Source: Armatimonadota bacterium (GTDB taxonomy: Bacteria; Armatimonadota; SYMT01). From it: DNA of 64,000 nucleotides. Location of the stretch: positions 1,136,342 to 1,200,341 of the forward strand of contig JAWLHY010000002.1 of NCBI GenBank assembly GCA_041690135.1, written 5' to 3'. The notes under the pieces are model-generated. The model was not told the origin of the DNA, did not search any database, and saw nothing but the letters and a program-made list of their open reading frames with translations. This document shows positions 1 through 9,717 of this stretch, piece after piece. Numbering within the stretch: position 1 is the first letter of the stretch; the number at the start of each line of letters is the position of its first letter. The translations under genes were made by a program, and so were the position numbers.

Positions 1-111
1 GGCGCCGAAGTGGCGCGGCTGCTGGGATGTAAGGAAAGCACCGTCTGGTCGCGGATCTACACCGCTCGCAAGGTGCTCCAGGCGCAATTGAAGGCGTGGG
101 ACGATGAGTAG
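1..111 (+). CDS. ECF sigma-70 factor, C-terminal end (partial, runs off window start)
   Basis: Frame 1 reads GAEVARLLGCKESTVWSRIYTARKVLQAQL-stop, a typical region 4.2 HTH; lies directly upstream of a zf-HC2 anti-sigma gene. Confidence 0.8.
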   Translation, partial: GAEVARLLGCKESTVWSRIYTARKVLQAQLKAWDDE

Positions 112-162
112 CCAGCTGGTACGTGCTTCCAGTTCGGCGGCAAATGGTGGGGAGATACTGCG

Positions 163-2829
163 ATGTTTTGCTCACGGGTACGAATCCTGTTGACGCGCCG
201 CGTGCGAGAAGAACTCGCACCGGCACAACAGGAAGCTCTGGAAGAGCACCTGGAGCGTTGTCCCCGGTGCCGTGCGGAGGCTACCGAGTTGCGTGAGTTT
301 GCAGTCCGGATGGAGAACGCGCGCCAGGCCTACCGGGCGCGGCCCGGCGGCGCCCCACCCGCTCTGCGCAGCCTTTTCCCAGCAGGTTCGGCGGCCGAAC
401 AGCGCCGGCGATACCGCCGGATTCCGTTGTGGGCTATTGCGGGCGCCGGTGCGGCGGTAGGGCTGATCGTACTGGTCCGGCCGCCGCAGCCCCCGGCGAG
501 CCAGGCGGGCCTCAGCAAGAGTGTTCACGCTGTTCCTGGTGGCGGGGGGAGCGCACGCGCCGAAGGTGAACCGGCGGAAAGGTTGGCCCAGCCAGCGCGC
601 CAACCTTTCCGGTCGCCTCGGAACCGCCCCGTGACGGCGTCCACTCCCATGCCGGGTTTCCCGTCGCAGCCTGTGCCTCCAGGCACTTCCGCGGCACCGG
701 AGCCTCCGGACGGCTCACGCCCGCTCGCCATGGACGACGCGGAATTCCTGGACGGGCATGATCCGCAACTGGGCTCCTGGCGCCTGACGGGAGACAGTAA
801 GGACGAAGCGGCGTTGGATTGGCTCCGCCGCCAACTGCCCCCGATGCAGGATGATTTCGTGCGACTCCGGCTTCCCCGCCTCGTGGATGCCAGACCGGGC
901 GATCCGGCTGTGCGGTCCGCCCTTCGGGAAGCGGACCGAGAGGCCAAGGTGGTGGACGCGCGACTCTTCGCGAAGGTCACCCTCCAGCTCAAGGGCGCAT
1001 CCCTTGACGAGCTCTGCATCGAGCTGGAGAAGCAGACTCGCGTGCGGCTCCGGTCCTCTCGCGGAGTGCAAGACGAAAAGGTCACGGTGTTCGTGAAGGA
1101 GAAGCCCGCCCGGGAGGTGATGCGGGCGGTCGCGCGCCTTTTCGGATATCTGTGGGACCGCCAGGGGGAAGAAGGCCGGTACCGTTACACCCTCACCCAG
1201 GACCTCCGCTCCCAATTGGCCGAGGGAGAAATGCGGGACCGGGACCTCAACGCCGCGCTGGTGGCTCTCGATCAGGCCATGCAGGCTTATGCTCCTTATA
1301 CCGAGCTCTCTCTTGAACAACTTCAGGCGAAGTATGCCCAGGCGCAAGGGCGGCAGCGCGAGCGTCTGTCGAGGATTGTGGGTTCCGGTTGGGGTGCACT
1401 CCAGCTCTATCGGAACCTTTCCCCCGGCGATTTTGCGGAGTTGCGAAAGGGCGGGGACCTGGTCTATGGCGAGCATTCGGGGGCAAACCGGCCGCTGCCG
1501 GAGGCGCTGAAACGGTCCATTCTTCAGTCCACCGGGATGCGCGTGGAGACTGTCGAAGGGCTGCACCGCCTGAACCGGACACAGGGCACGCCGGTGTGGG
1601 ATGTTCCCGGTTACAGCCCGCAGGTCACCCTGCGGATCAACCGCGCGGAATTGGGTCAACTGGCGCTGGAAGCCGAAGTCGGCATCCGCGATCCCCACGG
1701 GAACGTCGGTTCCTCCCGTACCATCCTGGCAACGGGGAAGAGCCCGTCTACCGAGAAGCCGGACAATGCGAGGGCGAATGCCGGCCTGCGAGAAAGGCCC
1801 CACTTCCGGCGCGAAGTGCTCTTGAGACCGCAGCCATCCTGCCCGCGTTTCAGCGAAGGGACCCGCACGCCACCTTCGGTGTTTTCGCCGCCTGCGTCGT
1901 CTCCGCCTCGCGATCTCCGGTTGGATGCAGTGGCGCGTCGCGCCCACGTGACCAGTGCGGACACCTGGGAGGCGGTCCACCGGGCGACGGGCTTCCCCAT
2001 CGTGGCCGACTTCTATACCCGTCTCCACCCCGTGGAAGCTACCACGCTCTCCAGGAGCAGTGTCTTCAGTACGTTGTGCCACGTCGGGGACCAGTTGGAC
2101 GCACGGTGGCGGTTGGATGGCGAGTTCCTCCTGGCACGCGGGACGGGTTACTACTGGGACAAGCTCAAAGAGGTTCCCAACCGCCACCTCCGCCGCTGGC
2201 ACGAGACACGAGCGAAGGAAGGGGCGCTTCCCCTGGAGCAGGTCCTCGAACTGGCGACGCTCACGGACGCACAACTCGACTCGGAGCGGGTCGGCCAGGC
2301 CGTTCAACACTGCTGGGGGATCCACGAGTGGGAGATTCTCGGCGGCGGCCAGGCGGTAACCGCAAGACAGCGGCAGCGGGACCGTGCCCATTACCGTCTC
2401 CTCGCCGCACTCACGCCGCCACAGTTGCGGCAGGCGCTGAGTGCCCAGGGGCTCCCCGTAAAGGCGCTGCTTCCGGCCCAACAGCAAGAAATGGCACGTG
2501 TCGAAACGGCGCTGCTTCCTACCACGCTGCGCGCGGCCTATGTGCCGGACGGCTGGTTCTCGTGGGTAAGCCAGCTACCGCCGGGAGAGACCCAGACGAC
2601 TTTCCGGTTCTGGCATGAAGTTCCGGTTATCGCCGCCCGTACCCAGGAGCAAGCCCTGGCCGCCGCGCGTGCGATTTATCCTGGAGTCCATCCGAGCCAG
2701 GTCGACCGCCGGGAAGCGACCCTGGCCGTGTGGTACATCGATCCGCAGGGCCGGCGGATCCTGGAAATCAACAAACCCATGGTGTTTGTTCCCCGGGGGC
2801 AGCAGACCGGTAAGCCTCCGGGGCGCTAA
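163..2829 (+). CDS. zf-HC2 anti-sigma factor with TM helix, Pro-rich linker and large extracytoplasmic secretin-N/STN-like region
   Basis: HLERCPRC (HxxxCxxC) near N-terminus, hydrophobic segment IPLWAIAGAGAAVGLIVLV, segment KVTLQLKGASLDELC...DEKVTVFVKEKPAREVM. Confidence 0.7.
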   Translation: MFCSRVRILLTRRVREELAPAQQEALEEHLERCPRCRAEATELREFAVRMENARQAYRARPGGAPPALRSLFPAGSAAEQRRRYRRIPLWAIAGAGAAVGLIVLVRPPQPPASQAGLSKSVHAVPGGGGSARAEGEPAERLAQPARQPFRSPRNRPVTASTPMPGFPSQPVPPGTSAAPEPPDGSRPLAMDDAEFLDGHDPQLGSWRLTGDSKDEAALDWLRRQLPPMQDDFVRLRLPRLVDARPGDPAVRSALREADREAKVVDARLFAKVTLQLKGASLDELCIELEKQTRVRLRSSRGVQDEKVTVFVKEKPAREVMRAVARLFGYLWDRQGEEGRYRYTLTQDLRSQLAEGEMRDRDLNAALVALDQAMQAYAPYTELSLEQLQAKYAQAQGRQRERLSRIVGSGWGALQLYRNLSPGDFAELRKGGDLVYGEHSGANRPLPEALKRSILQSTGMRVETVEGLHRLNRTQGTPVWDVPGYSPQVTLRINRAELGQLALEAEVGIRDPHGNVGSSRTILATGKSPSTEKPDNARANAGLRERPHFRREVLLRPQPSCPRFSEGTRTPPSVFSPPASSPPRDLRLDAVARRAHVTSADTWEAVHRATGFPIVADFYTRLHPVEATTLSRSSVFSTLCHVGDQLDARWRLDGEFLLARGTGYYWDKLKEVPNRHLRRWHETRAKEGALPLEQVLELATLTDAQLDSERVGQAVQHCWGIHEWEILGGGQAVTARQRQRDRAHYRLLAALTPPQLRQALSAQGLPVKALLPAQQQEMARVETALLPTTLRAAYVPDGWFSWVSQLPPGETQTTFRFWHEVPVIAARTQEQALAAARAIYPGVHPSQVDRREATLAVWYIDPQGRRILEINKPMVFVPRGQQTGKPPGR

Positions 2830-3218
2830 GGTGTTTCGCTCGTCTCCCAATCCCATTCCTCGCCATTACGCCGGCCAAAGGCCAGGCCCAGCGAAAGCCA
2901 CCGGGACCAGAACCGCTCCAGCATCTCAGGGTCCGTGGTCCGCACGTGGACCTGGTCGTGGTGGCAGAACTCGAATTCCAGGTCGCGGCCCGGGACGACG
3001 AAAGTGCGGTCGATGGTGATGAGCGTTCCTTCCCAGGGATCCCACGCTTGCTGTGGAAGTCCCTCGCGGAGGGCGGTGACCATGCGGAAGACGGGAAGAC
3101 GCGCCCGGCCTTCCTGGCATTCGAAGAGCACTTCGGCCACGCCCATTTCGGCCAGGAGCGCGGCGATGACTTCGGCCTCGGCTTCCAATTGCGCCTCATC
3201 AAGGTCACAGTTGGTCAT
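2826..3218 (-). CDS. hypothetical protein
   Basis: GGAGG ahead of ATG at 3218, globular composition, stop overlaps the convergent gene. Confidence 0.5.
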   Translation of the reverse strand: MTNCDLDEAQLEAEAEVIAALLAEMGVAEVLFECQEGRARLPVFRMVTALREGLPQQAWDPWEGTLITIDRTFVVPGRDLEFEFCHHDQVHVRTTDPEMLERFWSRWLSLGLAFGRRNGEEWDWETSETP

Positions 3219-3634
3219 GGCCTCCAGGGGGAGGTTGGAATGCGTGGGTCTGATAGCCATTGCTGGTGATGTACCTCGCAGGTTCACCTGCTATCGGCGC
3301 AGGTGAACCCCCAGCGGCGTGATGGGCACAGGTGCAAGCCCAAGTCCTGCCGTAATGCATTCCGAGTGCGGGTGCAGGATCCTGGTCGGGGACAGCGACA
3401 CCGACCCTGCAGTCCAGGTGCGGGTGCAGTAACTGCTCCGCACAGCAGGAGCCACGTCCTGCGCGCCCACTGGTATGGAGCGAGCTCCGGTAAGTCGAAG
3501 TTGTGGTGCAAATGACCCGGTAGATGCTACCTTGCGTGAGCCGCACGCCATACCGGCAATACGGCGAGCGCGGGTGTCCGGTTACTTCGCCTCTTCGATC
3601 CAGTTGAGATACTCGAGCCCGGAGCGAGGAGAGC

Positions 3635-4102
3635 TCACACGCGGGCTCCAATGGCTGCCTCTGACTGTTCCTCCAGGATTTCCTTGAGCCGGGCCAAATC
3701 CTTCCGGTTGGCGCTGCGCATCGCTCCGGCCATCAATGGCGCCATGAGCCGGTTGAACCCCCTGGGCGTGCCGCGGTTCCGCAGCGTCATCCGGGTGCCG
3801 CCATCCGGGGTGGAGGCCCAGGTGTAAATCGTCTCCATCGGGAAGGGGCCTTCCGAGGTCCGCATCATCAGGCGTTCACCCGGGATCCACTCTGCAATCT
3901 CGTAGGTATAAGCCAGGCGTCGGCCCAGGAAGTGGACAACGAAGGCGACTTGCGAGCCCAGGGTGAGCGGCCGAACCGAACACCATTCGACGGACTTGAT
4001 GTTCACATGCCAGTCGGGCGCGTGGTCCGGATCGGCAACAAATGCAGCCACCTCGTTGCGCGGGCGATTGATGGTGATCTCGATCTCCACATCGACATCC
4101 AT
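3635..4102 (-). CDS. SRPBCC (polyketide cyclase/START-like) family protein
   Basis: MDVDVEIEITINRPRNEVAAFVADPDHAPDW...DLARLKEILE pattern; start reassigned to ATG 4102. Confidence 0.85.
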   Translation of the reverse strand: MDVDVEIEITINRPRNEVAAFVADPDHAPDWHVNIKSVEWCSVRPLTLGSQVAFVVHFLGRRLAYTYEIAEWIPGERLMMRTSEGPFPMETIYTWASTPDGGTRMTLRNRGTPRGFNRLMAPLMAGAMRSANRKDLARLKEILEEQSEAAIGARV

Positions 4103-4240
4103 AACAGCCTCTGGGGTCGGCCGTGCCCCAAGCAATGTTGCACTTTCCGGGCAAAGGTTCCTCTCCCCGCAACATCCGCCGCGAGGAACCGTACTCCCCG
4201 ATGACCAACTGTTCTCCGTTTCCATTTCTTCTTTAAGCCT

Positions 4241-7200
4241 TTGCACTTCCCACCATCCGTTCTCGAATCTGTGGAACGCGAGGCGCTGCCTCGCCTCCTG
4301 GTGGTCGCTCCCGATGCTCGCCTTACGCAGCGCCTGCGCGCCCTGGTCGGCGCCGGATGCATCCTTGACACGGTCTCGGACGCGGAAGCGGCGCTCGAAG
4401 CCATTACCGGCGTAGCCCCGGGCGAGTCGCCGGCTCTGCTCATACGAACGACAGCGGTCACCGGAGTGGAGTTGGAGTTTCTCCGCCGGCTGCGGCTTCT
4501 GGCGGGACGCCCGGGGACTTCCGTTCTACTCGTGGTGGACACCCTGGACGAGGAGGGTCGCCTTTGCGCTCTGGAGACGGGGGCGGACGACTGTCTGCCT
4601 TACGGGTGCAGCGATCGTGAGTTGCGCGCCAGAGTGGAAAGGATGCTGGATCAACAGATCGCCAATTACGGAGCGTGGGAGGAAAGCCGCAGGGCACGAC
4701 ACTGGTTCGAAAGCATTGTGGAAAACGTCGACGATCACCTGGTCGTCTACGACCGGGAGTGGCGCTACCTCTACGTGAATGAGGGCGCTGCCCGCGTGCT
4801 CGGCAAGCGTCGGGAAGAACTGCTCGGACAATGTATCTGGGAGTTGTTCCCGGAAGCCGTGGGGAACCAGTACTACCGGGAACTCCACCAGGCGGTTGCG
4901 GAACAGCGGGTCATCCGTTCCGAGCACTTCTACGCGCCCTGGGGCAACTGGTACGTGAACCAGATCTATCCCTCCCCGTTCGGCGTGATCGTATTCAGCT
5001 CAGTAATCAACTATCGGAAGGAAGTAGAAGAGAAGATCCGGCGGAGTGAAGCCCGCTACCGCGCCCTGGTAGAAGCCAGTTCGCAAGTGGTGTGGACCTG
5101 GGATGCCGGGTCACTTGGCGGGCAATACGCCGCTGTTCAGGATTGGTGGGAGCAACTTACCGGTCAGTCGCCGAATGAACAGGCCGGAGACGGATGGCTG
5201 CGTTTGGTGCACCCGGAAGATCGCGAGACTACCCGCTCCGCCTGGGCCGAGGCGATGGAGAGGGGGACGAAATTCGAGATCGAGTACCGGGTCCGCGCGA
5301 GGGACGGAAGCTATAGCCACCTCTTGAGCCGGGCGGTTCCGGTCTCGGCAGGTACCGACCCAGTCCTGGAATGGGTTGGAATGCTGGTGGATGTCACGGA
5401 GCAACGCCGCGCAGAGGCCGCCTTGCGGCACCACGAAGCCTGGCTGCGCACGATCACCGACGCAGTTCCTTCCATGATCAGCTATGTGGACCGAGAACAC
5501 CGGTACCGGTTCAACAATGCTCCCTACGAGGCATGGTTCGGACAGAACCCACGGGAGATTTGCGGGAGACACTTGCGTGAAGTGCTGGGGGAAGAGGTGT
5601 ACCGGGAACGCCTCCCCTTCGTCGAAGCCGCGCTGGATGGGAAACCCCTGCGGTTCGAGGGCGTGACCCCGCATCGGGATGGAAGGCTGCGCATCACGGA
5701 GGTGAGTTACGTTCCGGACGTGCAGAATGGTGAGGTGGAGGGCTTCTTTGTTCTGGTGCACGACATTACCGAACGGAAACAGGCGGAAACAGCGCTGCAG
5801 GAGAGCAACCGTACCCTGCAGGCCCTGGTAGACGCTACGCCGCTCGCGCTGATGATTCTGGACCCGGACGGCACCGTTCGTCTCTGGAACCCGGCCGCGG
5901 AACGCCTGTACGGCTGGACGGCGGCAGAGGTGCTGGGGAATACTCTTCCCGCCATACCCGCGGATCGGCAGGACGAATTCCACGAACACCTGGAAAAGAT
6001 CGCCTGCGGAGCCGAGATCCTTAGCAAGACGATCCGAAGACACAAACGGGGTGGCGTTCCTTTCGAGGCGCGTCTATGGGCCGTGCCGCTGCAGTACCCG
6101 AACGGGCGGGTGCAGTGCCTGTCCATTATCGAAGACCTTACCGACCGCCAAAGGCTGGAAGCGGAACTGGAGCAGCGAGTGGAGGAACTGGCTGAAGCCG
6201 ACCGCCGAAAAGATGAATTCCTCGCGATGCTGGCGCACGAACTGCGCAATCCCCTGGGGCCTATCCTCAATGCAGTGCAGGTGCTGGGGATGCGCGAAGG
6301 GGGAGAAGCGGGCAGTAAACGTTTGCGCGAGATTATTGCCCGGCAGGCCCGGCAGATGGCCCGCCTACTGGACGACCTGCTGGATGTTTCCCGGATCACG
6401 CGTGGCAAGATCGAACTGCGATTGGAGCAGCAGGATCTGGTGGGACAGGTCGTACAGGCGGTGGAAACTTGCCGGAGTGTGGCGGAGCAGCGCGGACACC
6501 AACTGGTGATATCCGTGCCCGAGGAGCCGGCGCCCGCAGAAGTGGATGCGGCGCGCCTGCAACAAATCCTCGGCAATCTGCTGGGCAATGCCGTCAAGTA
6601 CACCCCGCCTGGGGGGCGCATCGCGATCACACTGAAGTTGGATGGTGCGTCGGCGGTGATCGCCGTGCGGGACAATGGGATCGGCATCCCGCCCGAACTC
6701 CTTCCTCGGGTGTTCGATCTCTTCACCCAGGGTAACCGGTCGCTGGCTCGGGCCGAAGGCGGGCTGGGGATCGGGCTCACCATGGTCAAGAGCCTGGTCG
6801 GTATGCACGGGGGCAGAGTCGAAGTCCGGAGCGATGGTCCGGGCCGAGGGAGTGAGTTCCTGGTATGGCTCCCCCTCACCGAGACATTCCCGCAGTTGCC
6901 TACCGCAGTCCTCCCGGAGGCGGACCAACGGGACGCGCGGCACCGCCGGGTGCTGGTGGTCGATGACTTGCAGGACGGCGCAGACTCCCTGGGCGATCTG
7001 CTGGAAGCGTGGGGATACGAAGTGTGCGTAGTCTATCGGGCGGAAGACGCGTTGCATCTCGTGCAGACCTTTGCGCCGGATATCTTGTTGCTGGACATCG
7101 GACTGCCGGACCTCGACGGTTATACGGTGGCTCGCCGGCTCCGAACATTGCCTGCAAATCGTGGTGCCGTTCTGGTGGCTCTCACGGGGTACGGAAGGCC

Positions 7201-7330
7201 GGAAGATATCAGCCGTGCCCGAGAGGCCGGGTTCGATCATCACCTGACCAAGCCGGTGGACCCGGAGCGATTGCGCAGGCTGCTGGCGGAGCTTGTCGCC
7301 GGGCCAACCGGCGAAACGGGAAGCGCCTGA
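4241..7330 (+). CDS. Hybrid multi-PAS sensor histidine kinase/response regulator
   Basis: Degenerate N-terminal receiver, four PAS/PAC repeats, H-box LAHELRNPL, N-box NAVKYT, G boxes DNGIGI and GLGIGL, C-terminal receiver LLLDIGLP. Confidence 0.92.
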   Translation: MHFPPSVLESVEREALPRLLVVAPDARLTQRLRALVGAGCILDTVSDAEAALEAITGVAPGESPALLIRTTAVTGVELEFLRRLRLLAGRPGTSVLLVVDTLDEEGRLCALETGADDCLPYGCSDRELRARVERMLDQQIANYGAWEESRRARHWFESIVENVDDHLVVYDREWRYLYVNEGAARVLGKRREELLGQCIWELFPEAVGNQYYRELHQAVAEQRVIRSEHFYAPWGNWYVNQIYPSPFGVIVFSSVINYRKEVEEKIRRSEARYRALVEASSQVVWTWDAGSLGGQYAAVQDWWEQLTGQSPNEQAGDGWLRLVHPEDRETTRSAWAEAMERGTKFEIEYRVRARDGSYSHLLSRAVPVSAGTDPVLEWVGMLVDVTEQRRAEAALRHHEAWLRTITDAVPSMISYVDREHRYRFNNAPYEAWFGQNPREICGRHLREVLGEEVYRERLPFVEAALDGKPLRFEGVTPHRDGRLRITEVSYVPDVQNGEVEGFFVLVHDITERKQAETALQESNRTLQALVDATPLALMILDPDGTVRLWNPAAERLYGWTAAEVLGNTLPAIPADRQDEFHEHLEKIACGAEILSKTIRRHKRGGVPFEARLWAVPLQYPNGRVQCLSIIEDLTDRQRLEAELEQRVEELAEADRRKDEFLAMLAHELRNPLGPILNAVQVLGMREGGEAGSKRLREIIARQARQMARLLDDLLDVSRITRGKIELRLEQQDLVGQVVQAVETCRSVAEQRGHQLVISVPEEPAPAEVDAARLQQILGNLLGNAVKYTPPGGRIAITLKLDGASAVIAVRDNGIGIPPELLPRVFDLFTQGNRSLARAEGGLGIGLTMVKSLVGMHGGRVEVRSDGPGRGSEFLVWLPLTETFPQLPTAVLPEADQRDARHRRVLVVDDLQDGADSLGDLLEAWGYEVCVVYRAEDALHLVQTFAPDILLLDIGLPDLDGYTVARRLRTLPANRGAVLVALTGYGRPEDISRAREAGFDHHLTKPVDPERLRRLLAELVAGPTGETGSA

Positions 7331-7392
7331 ACTTGCGCCCCGGTTCCCGATCCCGAAACCACTCCAAAGCAAGGAAGTCTGGAGATCTCACT

Positions 7393-8214
7393 ATGGTTCG
7401 CAAGTCCCTGCTCCCATTACTCTTCGCGGTCGCCGCGGTGCTGGCGCTGCGACCGGCCGCCGGTGCCGGAGAGGGCGCTACCCTCCGCAAAGCGCAAGCC
7501 GGCAAGACGCTCCGCGCACTGCTGGTGATCGGTGGTTGCTGCCACGACTATGCCCGCCAGAAGGAACTGACCCACGGGATATCGGAGCGGGCGAACGTGG
7601 AATGGACCGTCGCCTACGACACCGACACCTCCACAAAGCACCTGAACCCCGTGTACGAAAACGCGGATTGGGCCAAAGGGTTCGACGTGGTGGTCCACAA
7701 CGAGTGCTCCGCCGACGTGAAGGATCTCGCCACCATCGACCGGATCCTCAAGCCGCACCGAGAAGGAATGCCGGCCGTGCTGCTGCACTGCGCCATGCAC
7801 TCCTACCGCAGTGAGGGCTGGCCCCAGGCCGTGACGCCCTGGTTCGAGTTCTCGGGGTTGCAGACCACCGGTCATGGGCCGCAGGAGCCGATCGCCATCA
7901 CCTTCACGGATCGAAAGAACTCCATCACGAAGGGGATGTCCGATTGGACCACCGGCAAGGAAGAGCTGTACAACAACTCCGCCGGAAAGCTCCTGGAGAC
8001 CGCTACCCCCCTGGCCAGCGGCCGTCAGACCTACACGGATAAGCAGGGCCGGAAAGTAACCGCTGAGAGCGTAGTGGTGTGGACCAACAACTACCGCAAC
8101 AAGACGAGGGTCTTCGCCACCACGCTGGGCCACAACAACGAGACGGTCGGCGACCCGCGCTACATCGACCTCGTCACCCGCGGCCTGCTGTGGTCGGTCG
8201 GTAGGTCGAAGTAG
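7393..8214 (+). CDS. ThuA-like (class I glutamine amidotransferase-like) secreted protein
   Basis: Signal peptide MVRKSLLPLLFAVAAV, GGCCHDY, EELY, RVFATTLGHN, RGLLW motifs. Confidence 0.8.
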   Translation: MVRKSLLPLLFAVAAVLALRPAAGAGEGATLRKAQAGKTLRALLVIGGCCHDYARQKELTHGISERANVEWTVAYDTDTSTKHLNPVYENADWAKGFDVVVHNECSADVKDLATIDRILKPHREGMPAVLLHCAMHSYRSEGWPQAVTPWFEFSGLQTTGHGPQEPIAITFTDRKNSITKGMSDWTTGKEELYNNSAGKLLETATPLASGRQTYTDKQGRKVTAESVVVWTNNYRNKTRVFATTLGHNNETVGDPRYIDLVTRGLLWSVGRSK

Positions 8215-8322
8215 CCGACGACGCATGGGAAAAGTGGCAGCCGGCAACGTGGAAGCAGCCGCCAAGCTCGAACGATCCTACCGTTCGCGCTGGGACCGCG
8301 AACTGAAAGCGCTGGGCGTCCG

Positions 8323-9363
8323 ATGAACCGGCGCCGGTTTCTTCATACCGCTGTGGCGCTGGGTGTCGCTCGGGAAGTCTCCAGTGCGCCGTCTGTCTCG
8401 GCGTTCGGGATGGCGGCCTTTTCCTACGCGGGGCGACTGAACCAGCAGCGGGAGTTGCGAGATCCCCTGGCGTTCTTGAAGTTCTGCCGGGAGCGGGGCG
8501 CGGGCGGTGTGCAGATCGGCATCCCCCGCCGGGACGCTGCCGATTACCGAGAGTTGCGCCGTTACCTGGAGGAGAGCGGCGCGTGGCTGGAGGGGCAGGT
8601 CCGGCTGCCCCGCGATGCCGCCGACGGGGAGCGGTTCGAGGCGGAAGTCCGGAGCGCGCGGGACGCGGGCGCCACGGTGGTGCGGACCGTGATGCTTTCC
8701 GGCCGCCGGTACGAGACCTTTCCCACGGCCGCGGAGTACCGGGAGTTCCAGCGGACGTCCGCGCGCTCTGTGCAACTGGCCCAGCCGATCGTCGCGCGGC
8801 TTCGCATGCGGCTGGCGGTCGAGAACCACAAGGACTACCGCACCGACGAGCAATTGGATCTTCTCCGGCGGATCGGCAGCGAGTGGGTGGGTGTAACGGT
8901 GGACACCGGTAACAACCTGGCCCTGCTGGAGGAGCCCCTGGCGACCGTGGAAGCGCTGGCGCCTTATGCATTCACCGTCCACCTGAAGGATATGGCGGTG
9001 GAGGAGTGCGCGGAGGGTTTCCTGCTCTCCGAGGTGCCTTTCGGCAGAGGCTTCCTGGACCTCCCCCGGATCGTCGCAACTCTACAGAAGCACCGCCCGG
9101 AGATCCGCTTCAACGTGGAGATGGCCACGCGAGACCCGCTGCGCGTTCCCTGCCTGACCGAGCGGTATTGGGCCACCATGAACGGGGTTCCGGCCCCGGC
9201 TCTGGCGCGGATGCTGTCCCTGGTCCGCGAGCGGAAGGAAGGCCGGCCCCTCCCGCGAGTGACCGAGATCCCGTTGGACCGCCGGTTGGAGTTGGAGGAC
9301 GCCAACGCGCGGGAGTGCCAGGCATACACCCGTAATCTCCGGGAATCGAAGGATGCGGGGTGA
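8323..9363 (+). CDS. Tat-exported sugar phosphate isomerase/epimerase (xylose isomerase-like TIM barrel)
   Basis: MNRRRFL Tat motif; AVENHKD, DTGN, VHLKD metal ligands. Confidence 0.85.
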   Translation: MNRRRFLHTAVALGVAREVSSAPSVSAFGMAAFSYAGRLNQQRELRDPLAFLKFCRERGAGGVQIGIPRRDAADYRELRRYLEESGAWLEGQVRLPRDAADGERFEAEVRSARDAGATVVRTVMLSGRRYETFPTAAEYREFQRTSARSVQLAQPIVARLRMRLAVENHKDYRTDEQLDLLRRIGSEWVGVTVDTGNNLALLEEPLATVEALAPYAFTVHLKDMAVEECAEGFLLSEVPFGRGFLDLPRIVATLQKHRPEIRFNVEMATRDPLRVPCLTERYWATMNGVPAPALARMLSLVRERKEGRPLPRVTEIPLDRRLELEDANARECQAYTRNLRESKDAG

Positions 9364-9429
9364 AGGGACGGCGAAAATTGAGTTCGCCGGAGTGACCGGG
9401 TTCCAGCGACCGCGTTCCAATTTGCGTCG

Positions 9430-9554
9430 CCGGAATGAGATTTGGGGCTGACCGGCCGAAATCCGAGGCCGTACCCGTTTGCGCCACCGGCTCGCGGGCC
9501 GCCTCCCCGGATTGAAATCCGGGGCTGACCGACCGAAGTCCGCCTTCGCGGACT
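9430..9554. repeat. REP-like palindromic elements (ccccggattgaaatccgggg and agtccgccttcgcggact hairpins, plus a degenerate second copy)
   Basis: Short GC-rich inverted repeats seen directly; ggggctgaccg occurs twice. Confidence 0.45.
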
Positions 9555-9717
9555 TTCATAAGCACGCGCACCAGTATTCAGTTGGAGGAGAGATGGTAGG
9601 GTGAGTGTAATTGAAGCCAAGGTAGTGCTCGCGTCCCGCAACTGTTCAGTGATTTCGCGAGCGTCCCGTTCATCATCTCCCCTGTAGGGCGCAGGCTCCT
9701 CGATTACACTCTTTCTT

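Noticed and set aside
3290-3630. Several short Cys/His-containing ORFs
   Set aside because: No consistent frame, RBS or motif
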